Of a stretch of DNA of 64,000 bases, positions 53,227-64,000 are shown piece after piece. Position numbers and translations under genes: made by a program. Origin of the DNA: Marsupella aquatica (lineage: Eukaryota > Plantae > Marchantiophyta); the NCBI GenBank assembly GCA_973895155.1, contig OZ316897.1:2359312-2423311 (forward strand). The letters are read 5' to 3'. Within the stretch, counting starts at the first letter, position 1. Every line of letters starts with the position of its first letter. The notes beneath the pieces were generated by a model, which saw nothing but the letters and a program-made list of their open reading frames with translations, was not told the DNA's origin and did not search any database.

Positions 53227-54850
53227 ATGAAACAATCACAAAAAACGTCTTTTTTTTCAAACTTCTCATAAAACTCAAAACTCAATACCGCCACGTAGCC
53301 CACAAAGCTAGGAGTCCAATACTGAAAGCCGAAATCAAAATCAAAATTCAACGGAAAAGTTATTCAAATTTCGGTCGGGGTGGGTAAAACCTTGGGAAAC
53401 TCCCCCGTTTTGACCACCTCGGAGAATAACCAAAATACCCAGTACAACCGGTCGTCGGAATCGCAATGTGATCGGTGTGCCGCGTTGCTAACTCCAGTGG
53501 CAACGTCCTTGCCAAAAAAGAACCAAAAAAGTTACCGTTTGACGGACGGAATCTTTGTAGGATGGCCAAAAAACAGCTCTCTGTTTTTTGGGAATATTCC
53601 CGCACAGTACAACAGGTCTCACAGGGGGCCGTTCCCCCTATTGGAGCGGTTAAAACGGAGGGCGACAGGTCCCGGCACGAAGTTAAACAAGAGGGAAGAA
53701 AAAAAGCTATTAAAAGCACCCTAAAGGGGGTGCTCAATCCCCTTAACAAAATATACGCCTTAAAAACGCGCCAGGCAACAAGGCGCGGGTACACCAGGCG
53801 ACAAGGCGTGTACAAGGCAGTATCGGGCGGTTGCATATGCAACCACGTATGCCTGAAAAAACAGTCGGGAAGGGGGAGGGCGAGGCGACCGGCAGGGAGC
53901 CAAGTCGCAAGCGGGGGTCGCGAGCACGAGGGCACGGGCATAAATGGTCGGGCGCGCCGGAGTGAGTTGGGGCCAGCTTCCAAAAGGCGTACGAGCGCGC
54001 GAGAAGCACTGGCCAGCGCTGCGCAGCTCGTCGCTACGGCAAAAAAAATGGGGTGCAGGGGGGAAATCCGGGTACGCGGGGCCAACCTATACTGTCTGTG
54101 TATACCCACAGTATACACTAAAAAGGGTGTGTAAAACCCCTTTAAAAGCAAAAATGACCCCCTAGAAAAAATGGCAATTACTCACCTCAACCGCCGTCGT
54201 TTTCAATGAGTAAAGTGAACACCGCCGACGGAAAAAATATTGCCAAATTTCACCAGCACAGTCTGCAACTCCAACAGAGTAAATTGTTTCCGCCGCGTCG
54301 CCTTCACTCCGCATCAAGTACCAATCCCAAGCTCAAAATGACTGGCTCGTCGCAATCAAACCGTTGAGCCATGGCACTTCGCGTTTCTTCCACCGAGTCG
54401 GACGTCATGAAGAGAAACCCAGTTCAGATGGGAACAAGCTCCATAGCTTGTGAAAAAACCTGAACGCTTCCTTCACTCGTCACGTCGCACTTGGTCACAA
54501 CTCGGCAGCAAATCAACTACCGAAATGACCAGCTTGCTTCAACCTTCAACTTGAGCTATAATGTGCAATCCCTCCCACACCGCACAGCTCACACCGTTGA
54601 AAAATGCAAACTCTGGTCTCTCCCCAAAAAATACCGTCGAACACGAATAAAACCTGAACGACGCAAACTTCAATTCCTCCGCACCACGGATACCGATCAG
54701 TGAGTTCTAACCACCGTTAGAAAGCCCTCTCACTAACCTATCCTCATAGCCACACACATTCAAGTTTCATGCGACGAAACTCCAAATGTACCATCGACAA
54801 TGAACGCTGGAAAAACCTGTCATGAAAAAACCTCGTCACCTCCCAGGCAT

Positions 54851-54862
54851 GCTCTGATACCA
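54851..54862 (-). promoter_or_regulatory. Primer-binding site (tRNA-iMet), Copia copy 2
   Basis: TGGTATCAGAGC on the minus strand. Confidence 0.95.
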
Positions 54863-54864
54863 CT

Positions 54865-55213
54865 TGTTGAGCATAGACGACATTCGCAACGGCAAGCCCA
54901 TGAACCATCCAACGCACAATAGTCGACAGAGAGAGATACGTGGTTCACCTCCACATGAGGCTACGTCCACAGGAACACACAAGAGCTTTACTGCACTCTA
55001 GGCCAACCGGCCATAGCAAGCATCCACAACACAAGCTCTCCCTATCTCTCAACTAGCTCCGTAACAATAAGCCTAAGTTCCACCAGGGTCTACTCTGGCA
55101 TCAGCCCTGGCTATATACACAACAACACTACCGCTAACATTAGCTAAGTCCTAACCCAAGTTAGACTAACTGTGGTTAGCTCATGAGTCACAAGACTAGA
55201 GCAATATCTAACA
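54865..55213 (-). repeat. 5' LTR of Copia copy 2
   Basis: 349 bp, with a 5-bp insertion near 55090 relative to the other three LTRs. Confidence 0.97.
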
Positions 55214-56159
55214 CTTATCAGGTCTTCCGATAAGTTTTATCCCACAAGCATTTGACCTGCTCAGAATGGTAATTTGTTTTACACCTACTTACTTTATTTT
55301 ATGAGGGTGCTTATGTAGCCATTTGAAATAACTCGCCCCTTTCAATTTGTATAGAAATATTATTTTACAACTTGTAATACCCCTCCCTTAATTTTTCCTT
55401 TTTGGTTACTTATTTATCTCCCCCATAGGTTGTTTCCCTTTTACCCATTCTCAATAGTTTCAATTGTTAATAAGGCTTTTGGCCATTACACATGAAATGT
55501 TTTTCTACCATATATTCTAACATGAAGAAACAAATTTATCTTATATTGTGATGCAAGAGATTTAACTTGATGACGCTCCAAATTGAAAGAATTTTTTGAT
55601 ATCTAATCCTAAACATGCAAAAAATGGCAAATAATTTTCAAGAAACACACTCCAACCCTAAACTGTACCACACTTGTAAAGCAAAGTCAGTACCAAAGTC
55701 CTCGAGTCTAGGGTCTAAAGTGAAGCCTACTCTTAAGGGCATAAGACTAGAGTGAATTCTTTAGACCCGAACTCCCAATACAAACAAAACTGATAATGAG
55801 ATTCAATAAGATCAAAATTTTAAATGAGGATAGACAAAAGTGACTTTTCACTTTAAAAATACAAAACTGAAATGGAATGGACAAAAAATAAGGATTGGGA
55901 AATTTTATTATGCAAGTAACAAGCTCAATACCCGTGCGTTGCACAAAAGATGTCGTGTCACCCAAGATATTGTGAAGAGAAAAGATGTTGTGTCGCCCAA
56001 GATGTCATGAAGTTTACTTTCTTGGCTTTGGTCACCCCAATGCCAAGACCCCTTGGGGCAACGAAATGGCTTGGCTGCCTTTTCTCTGAGAAAATGAGGG
56101 TTACATCTCAAGTTTTGGGTAGTTATTGTTTTATTCTATACAACCCAATGCCCTGTGTT

Positions 56160-56560
56160 GCAGAAAAGATGTTGAGGTGACAAAAAGATGTCAAGGTGAA
56201 AGAGATGTGAATGAGAGAAGAGATGTCGAGGTGAGGAAAAGAAGTCAATGTGAAAAGAAATTCATGAGAGAAAGAGATGTCAAGGCAAGGAAAAGATTTA
56301 AAAATGAGAAAAAGATGTGAGGGAGAGAAACAAATGTTGAGGTGAGGGAAAGATGTTGCGCTGAGATGCATATACATGTCAAGGTGAGAAAAAGGTAAGA
56401 GGTTGAGGTGAGAAAAGATGGTGAGGTGAAAAAAAGATGTAAAGATGAGTAAAAGATGTTGAGGAGAGAAAAAATATTGAGGGTGAGAAAAATGGTTGTA
56501 GTGAGACAAAGATGTCAATATGAGAAAAAATTAGCGAGATGAGTAAAGGTATCAAGGTAA
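56160..56560. repeat. Purine-rich degenerate minisatellite, ~19-bp unit GAGGTGAGAAAAGATGT(T/C)
   Basis: About 20 imperfect units with strong A/G strand bias. Confidence 0.85.
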
Positions 56561-58778
56561 GGTAAAGTTGTGGTGATATTCAATAAACCATGCGTTACAC
56601 ATAGAAATTGGAGACGTGAGATAACATTGAGTGCTTGCAGGTCCGAGCACAACCAAGTGATAGAAATAAATATATATTTTTGTTTTAAACATTGAAATAA
56701 ATGAATAAAAATTATTTATATTCAAGTTTTTCCAAAAATTAAAAATTAATATCCAATTTTTTAAATTCCAATTTTAGTAATTACATTGTTTTAATTATAT
56801 TTTCATCTTTGTTAAGTTTGGGCAGGAGGCAATTGAGATTTAAAGGGGTATGGATGGATCTGACTACTTTGTCAGGAAAATAAAATAAATTTTTAGTAAA
56901 GGGTTACTATTAATTCACATTTTTTATTGAGTTTGTAAAGGGAAGTATACTTGACCCTAGTGCATTGATAGAGTCACTCCTCATTTTCTTTGTGTTGTGT
57001 GATCTCTTCTTGCTTGGAAACCGTGCCCTTCATTTACATTCCCACTACATTAAATGTACTTTTTGCTTTATTCCTTATCTTTGCTTACATGTTTTTATGT
57101 TTGTCATTTAAAGTACACTTCAAATTTGAAAGACTACCACTCTATAAAATGGCGCACCCTTGTATTATAGTAATTAATGGGTCATAAAGTTGAAGGGAAC
57201 AACCCTATAACTGGGAGAGATATGCTTAGTAGACCCCCTTCTGGAAAAAAATTGCTTAATAAACCCCCTTGATACTCTTTCCCAATCTGGACCATTGATG
57301 GATCTTTTGATCGCAAATCTGGACGGTTGATAGACCTCAGAGGGTAAATCAAATAACAAATTTCCTTTTTGGGGGTAGATGAAGCAAATCCCTCTATAAC
57401 CGGTGGAGATGTCAAAGTAGCCTTTTAAGCTGGATATGACGTTTACTTTTACAACCAGGATAAACAACTGACGAGCTACAGTACCTATAAATGGCATTTC
57501 CAAAAAGTCACATGTGATCTTGCTTATGGCAAACGTCTTTATGGCACAGTGACACGCCCTAGTGATGGATAATATTCCGCATTGAACACAGTGGTTAAAT
57601 ATATTAATAAAATAGGCCGTTCTCGCCGTCACCTGATCGCTCCGCCGTCTTCCGCCCCCGTCTGTTAAATGTCTGTGTACCGAACAAGAAAATTGCGGCG
57701 CTCTCGTCGTTTCTACAGTTCTACTGCTTTTTCGTTCCCGCGCCAATCTTGAGCTCCGGATGGTCCTGTGCTTCGCTCTGTAATCAGGGTTCCTCCATCG
57801 CCACTTGTGCAATGCAGGTTCAGATTTTGAGTCGAATTCGATTTGCTTCTCGTGCGCTTCGAGCGAATTGAACAGATTTGTATTTCATCGATGCAGACTT
57901 CTTTGGTCCTTTTCTTTCTCTCCTATTTTGCATCGATCTGCTTTCCAGACTCTCTTCTGTGTCTTGTATTTTTTGCCTCCGTCGGCCATTCGGCCCGATT
58001 CCTTGTCGGTGAAGTGGTTGGTTGGATTTGAAATGGATGCTGAACTTACGACGATATTAAGCCGAAGCATGCGCACTGTCAATCGGTCGTCGAGCATGCG
58101 TCGCCGGTGTCACTCAAACCGAGAAAGATTGTTATGATTGCGAGAATGTTCTGAGAGGATGTGTTTTGGAGGAAGTCGGACGAAAGAGAAGCTACCGATG
58201 TCCTACTTTGGATAGCGCATTGCCGAGCCTCTACTCTCGACTGTAAACTCAAATTCTATGGACGAATCCGAATGGTAAAGCAACTCAAATGCTGCATTGA
58301 CAAATGCGCACGATAATTCCGCATGGAGGAGAGGTTGAAGGGTTGATTACCGTCAGAGTGACTACGCTGGTCATATTTAACGAGACCTCCAACGATAAGC
58401 TAATGTTTGCTGGTTTGAATAGAGGTGTGATGTTGAGCTATTATGATGAGAGAGTCTAGAAGACGCACATTCACGATCTTGCGCGGCGTTCACTTACAAT
58501 GCGGTACACTTCATTGTTCTGAAAATGTTGACTAGACCAATCAGTTCTTCAGGAGGCCGTTCTACAGCCACATTTCAGGGTTTATGCACTGGGGACGCAT
58601 AACGGAGGTCGTGCGTTCCTTCTGGCGGATTGTTTTGCTGGCGAGTGTGCGGATGGAATCTGCAGCCTACTAGACGACTCGTGACTGGAATACGGAAACA
58701 CCCGTGGAGAGTGAAACTAGTACGGGTTATTGAATTCGCTGATGATGGCTTCTTTAACGTAGTTTCAATTCTAGCAAT

Positions 58779-58948
58779 ACACCCATGGCTTCCATGACCT
58801 TGAGGCTATAGAAGACACTCCTTGAAAAGTATTTCATTGGAAGAAAGGAGAGGACATTGTCGAACACCCATGGCTTCCATGACCTTGAGGCTATAGACGA
58901 CACTCTTTGAAAAGTATTTCATTGGAAGAAAGGAGAGGACATTGTCGA
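58779..58948. repeat. 85-bp tandem duplication
   Basis: ACACCCATGGCTTCCATGACCTTGAGG...GGACATTGTCGA at 58779 and 58864, two mismatches. Confidence 0.95.
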
Positions 58949-59730
58949 CCTATCACAATGTTACAAACAGAATACAAACAGGGCTGATTCTTCATCGTTT
59001 CAACCTGATAACCGTATGGTTACATTTGCCAGATTATCCTCTGATAAAGGGGGAAAAGGAAATGATCGTCAAGCACAGGTTTTTTGAGGTGGACAAGCAA
59101 TGGATGATGGCCTAACGATTTGAATCAATTCTTTTGTTTCCAGTTCGACGTTTCATATGTCGTCCAGGACGGAGAAACGCCGAAAATTCTATCCAACCGA
59201 GCGACTAGAGATTCGGAGCTTCTCTGTACCACAGCGGGACTGTCAAGCATCCGACGCTTCAGTGCTCCAGTTTCACCCCTTTATCTCAATTGTATTCCAC
59301 TAATTCTCGACCGTGGCGGCTTCGAAGGAACTTCGGAATTGCTTTGTAATCTCTCCCCCGCCTCTCTAACTGGCTGCTCAGTTCTGTTCTGCACTACCCA
59401 AGTCTTACGACGGCGATCATTGGTGTAGTCAGGGAGGAGTGCAAGTTTTAGTTCTTTGGAAGAAAAACAGGAGCTGGTGCTCAATCTGCGAAACAAACAT
59501 CCTGAAACAGCTTTGAATTTGGCCAAATTTGGGTATAAAATCGGGACGTCCAATCCTTAGCGTGAGGGCCGGATATGTCCTACAAATATATCCGACGCAG
59601 ACTAGTAGAATTCCATGATCGTGACGAGCAGCTTTTTTTAGAATAGGCCATATCGTTTGATTCGAGATACTATTCTCCACCTGGTACGGAATAAACAAAG
59701 ATTAAACGGCGATTAGGCAATTTTAAACCG

Positions 59731-62700
59731 ATGTACGAGCATGAGGAGCATGTGCGCACTTCTAATGTGCGGAAGTCTGCGAAGGAAGAAGAGGTGGATA
59801 GGTTTGGGGTATGTTGGGGCGCAGAACTTCTGGACGGCAGGGAAGAGGAGGAGCCGAAGAACAAATCTATAAGGCAATTTTCTTCCTTCTATTTGCATGG
59901 AAGGAAGTATGGCGTGGATGACACGGTCTATCTACTGTCGGGAGATCGACATGGAACTCCATATATCGGCAGGATTGGAAGATTGTACGAAAATGTCAAG
60001 GACAAGGAAAAGCAAATGCATGTTAGGTGGTTCTGCAGACCCTGCGAGATGCCTGAAGGGTTACCGGATGTTGATTACAGCGAGAACTGCAAAGAGGTCT
60101 TCGTGATGTGGGGCAATTGTGCCAAAAATATCAACAATCCGGTAAGATTGGTCGTTTTCATAAATCCTTGTCTCTATCAGTCAACGTCTGGTACACTCTT
60201 CTCCCTGGTGTTGGTCCTGATCCGGAGATTCGGTGCTGTAGTCATGAAATGTATGACCGTCATTAGGCATTTATGATTATTTTGGCTGCAAAATTGAAGT
60301 TTTCCCTTCCCCTCTGACAGTGCTTTTAAGCGAAAAACCTCTGGAGTTAAACTAAAAAGACAGGTAACATTGAAACTTTGAGTGAGTCACCCGCCAGATT
60401 AAGTTAGGAGCCGCCGAATAGGAGGTGTCCAGTGTGTGCAAGTGCAGCGTTCAGTATGCTTGTTGAGAAATGATGATTAGCTTCGTCCCATCTGTACAGG
60501 CTTCAACTCTAAGACATTGTTCGGTTCTCTGCACTGCGGAAGAAGACTGGAACAAAAATGTCCCTTCTATTGAAGAGATAGCAGCCGCCGACCACACATT
60601 CGATCGTGCATATGATCTCAGGACCGGAAAGTTAAGGAGCCTTGATAGCATTGTGAAACATTATGGTGAGCACCTTGTCACTGGCACTGGTCGGCGAACA
60701 CGAGCACCCGGGAAATCCCGCAAGATGACTCCAGGTATTCGCCCTCCCCTTGACCATCAGCCACTTCCACTCGCCATGCGTGCATCATCACACCTCCCCT
60801 CTCTAGAGCTTGCCTGGCATCGCTCAGAACTCGCGGGTCTTCCGGCCTTGGTAACATCTCCGAATACCCCATCACCTATTGACCCCGTTGAAGGACATAC
60901 GGAAAGTTTTGTTCCAAAGCTTTCAGTCTCAGGCTTGAAGACTGCCAGCCACGACTCTAACAAAGTGAGATTGGCCCACTCGAAGGGTGCGGAAGACAGG
61001 ATGATTCCGAATGCAGCTAAACAGGGTAGCAAGAGGACACTAGTGAAGAATGCCGCAACCTTAGATTCGCAGAAAAGGCCAAGAGTGGACAGATCTGACA
61101 GTTCATTGCCACAGCAGGGTCGGGTGAGGCTTGATGGTAGTGATCTTCCCTCTCCAGGATTCTCACATGGGAGAAATAATTCCTCGATTGACAGCACAGG
61201 TGCAGGCCCATATGGCAATGCAGTCTTGAATAGGGAAAGACAGAAGTCTACGCTAAGAGTCGCAGGTAAACAGACGTCTTCGGAGGATAAGAAGAGATCT
61301 AGAGCGAATTCCTTAGATCAATTAACAGAGAAAGGCAAACTTAAGAAGCCCAAGTTGAGCGTCCCGTTTCACGCTCCTGGCGTTGCGCTCACAAAGAAGG
61401 TCAGCAAGGTTGAAAGCAATGTCTCCTTATCAATACCAACTGGTCCCAAGATGGGTGAGCTGAGATCTCCAAAGGTGCCTGAGAGAAACCTGCCTGAGAA
61501 CAGCGTAGAGTGTCATCAGGCACGTCAGTCACTATCAATAAAAAAACGAGACGTTAGAGTCGCCTCTGCCCCGGTTGCGGCAAGATGCTTGGCAAAAGAC
61601 GAGAAATCTTCCAACCGTGATCACATGGGAAATCAATTCCAAATTTCACCTAGGTCAGTGGGAGTAGAAAATGCCGAGTTACTCTCCCCCAAAGATGGCA
61701 ACACGTCCACTACACTCAGTGGTAAAAGACATTCGGATCCGAAGCTGGAAACAATACACCGTGTAAAGAAGCAATCCATTACAGGAGCAAATGTGGGTCT
61801 TTCTGATCGGGAAGAAAGACATTGTCTACAGATGCAGTCCAGCAAAGAGAAAATTGTTAATATTTCACCCTCAAGTAGACATTCTACTCCAATGTGTCTT
61901 TCTGATGCGAGTAGACATCAGGAGGCTCCTGAAAATATATCACCTAAACATCAAAACGGCGCTAGTCTGAAGTGTACAGACTTGGAGCTGGACACAAAGC
62001 TCTTCGGCAAGAGCTCTGCACATGGGCGCGAGCGGCGATATCAATCTAGTATGAAGGATGACGTCAACGAAGTGAACCCAAAGCTTCCAAAGGGTCAAAA
62101 AGGATCTTCCTCCAATCATGTACTTACTGATGGAGATGTGTCACCAACTTCTAACACGAATCTGCGTCCTAGTGAAGGGAATTGGAATGGTATGAAGGAG
62201 TCCCGGGTGAAACACGAGTCTTTCCTTTCCAGCAAAAGGTCAGGATCTTCTTTAGAAGGTTCACGATGTTCAGAAGTGGGTTCCCCTCACATCGCTTCCA
62301 AAGAGAGGCCTGGTAGCGAGTTGGGAGTCGGTACTCTTAAGAGCAAGATCATGAAACACAGTGAACCACAGCCAATCGAAACAGATACTCAACAAGTTCA
62401 TGAGGAACTAAAAGTGAAAAAGATCGGTCTTGTAGCCAAGGGTGTCCCTAGAGTGTCTTCTAAGAAACAATCCGACCAGACCAAGCTTGCTGAAACTTCT
62501 AGACTACCTCCTCAAGGATTGGCTAAGAGGGTTGCCAAAGTACCAGTGAAGAATCATAAAATCTCCGAGCCTGGACTAGCTGCTCGAAAGGAAAATCCAC
62601 CTGCAGGACTTGATACCACCGTTGCTCCACCCGAAGAGAAGGGGCGAGAAACTTTTCAGGTGGGGTTTTCCCTCTCTTCGTCATTGTGTAGGGACTTAGA

Positions 62701-63054
62701 CTGTATGCAACACACTTCAATATTGACGATGAATGTACTTCTCCTAAACCGTCGGGAAGTGTTGCCGTTAGCCTTTATGACATTTTCTTACTGCTTGAGG
62801 TTTCTAGAGGCCCTCTGTTGCTCAGCCTGGGAGTGATTGTTGGTTAACTTATGGAGTTTCTCTACTGATTATTTCGAATGTCATGTGACATTTGGTTTAC
62901 CCTCTGGGAGCAGCCGAAGAAGAAGATTTTCAACTTCGTAAGTTTTCAGAGCCTCCCGCAGTTCGTATTTGGAATTTTTTTCCTTTGCAATGTAGTTGGT
63001 CTGCTTCAGTGTCCCAGACTCGCGCCAGAGCAGTATCCAACAACTTTCCGAAAG
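59731..63054 (+). CDS. BAH-domain protein, ASI1/IBM2 (anti-silencing 1)-like; 5' part, probably continuing past the annotated exons
   Basis: Exon 59731-60141 (WG..FSSFYLHGRKYGVDDTVYL..PYIGRI..VRWFCRP..KEVF) joins in frame to exon 60500-62659 (CSVLC..PSIEEIAAADHTFDRAYD), matching the ASI1-type BAH pattern. Possible small exons near 62911-62937 and 63010-63053. The C-terminal RRM was not identified. Confidence 0.8.
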
Positions 63055-64000
63055 TATGGAATAGTAATCTGTAAGCGATCTCCTGTTCAGCTTGCCAAAA
63101 TCATCATTCTCTTGTATCACTGACGATTCGTCGGGGTAGATTTCTTAAAAGTGTCACGTGGTGAGTCATGTCAGACACTCCTACATCGGAAATTTAAATT
63201 GACAGTTATACAGGTCTATGTGTCTTGCTATGAAATTTAACATTGCATGGGCCAGAAGACCTGACATGCATGTCTGGATTTCTAGCCTTGGGAGGATACT
63301 CTACGGATTGCTCTGGAGCAAGGAAAGGCTCTCTTCCTGCAGAACTTAGACCCGTGGTTTTCATCAGCCGAGATGGAGGTAAATATTTGAGTGGCCGCCA
63401 GCAACAAGTATGTCTTAAAATTTTAATCAATAGAGCATTCAGGTCAAACAGTGCTTTTTGGTTTGCTTGTGGGGTGGGGGCTGGCGCTCGCGTGGCGTAA
63501 TGTGTGGGAACTGATTGCATTATTTATGAAAACAAAGGGGCACACTTTATAGACGGGAACTCTGCTTGCTTGACTAGTCTATACGTGGGACTTCATAGTG
63601 ATAATATTGGTGTGATGTTTGAACGACGTTTCTGGAGAATATCGATGGTTAAATTGTTGAGACACTGGCTTAGGACTCCTTCGCCTACTTCGCTCAGTTG
63701 GTCACTATAATGCGCTTTCAAAATTGATAGGTAAATGAAGGTCTGGAATTTATGGATGTGCTGGCTGATATTTGATTGCAGACCGATTTGCAAGAGCTGC
63801 TGCGAGTTAGTTGTGATGTGCGCATACTTCCACCAAAGAATTTTACGTGCTACACTTCAGGTTGTCGAGTGTGGGCAAGCTCTCTTAGTCAAATCGAACT
63901 TTTCCTGCCAATATCTTTTCTTGAGTAGCTTCGGCCTATTAGTATTCTGAGAGCCTCTGAGTTTTCCTGCCAACCGCATGTGTACAAAATCAAATAGTTA

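Larger units (their letters stand above)
48420..55213 (-). mobile_element. Full-length Ty1/copia LTR retrotransposon, copy 2 (same family as copy 1), decayed
   Basis: LTRs 48420-48763 and 54865-55213, TSD CTTAT (48415-48419 / 55214-55218), iMet PBS, PPT at 48766-48774, complete Copia domain order. Confidence 0.98.

Noticed and set aside
56123-56518. 131-aa His/Phe/Leu-rich ORF
   Set aside because: Translation of the minisatellite.
57174-57812. 212-aa minus-strand ORF
   Set aside because: No domain; it spans a weak inverted repeat (about 57200-57400) and the GC-rich promoter region of the BAH gene.

Overview
Eukaryotic land-plant genomic DNA with spliceosomal GT-AG introns and plastid-targeted genes; the gene content suggests a bryophyte-like non-angiosperm (inference). 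Genes: a complete 10-exon RPT5 proteasome ATPase (-), a multi-exon C19 deubiquitinase resembling the USP37/26/29 group (-), PPD1 (+), an intronless plastid kinase-like protein with a degenerate catalytic loop (-), the 5' part of an ASI1/IBM2-type BAH protein (+), and an unidentified spliced gene running off the left edge (-). Two full-length, decayed Ty1/copia (Tnt1/Tork-like) LTR retrotransposons of one family lie in the same orientation about 42 kb apart (6296-13160, TSD TTTGG; 48420-55213, TSD CTTAT). Each has an iMet PBS, a PPT and an unusually long (~1.6 kb) leader. That leader holds a GC-rich block that is barely alignable between the otherwise close copies. MITEs, tandem arrays and local duplications fill the intergenic space. 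I found no CRISPR, rRNA or convincing tRNA. Nothing here proves a new system; the best leads are the hypervariable Copia leader and the USP37-like enzyme.
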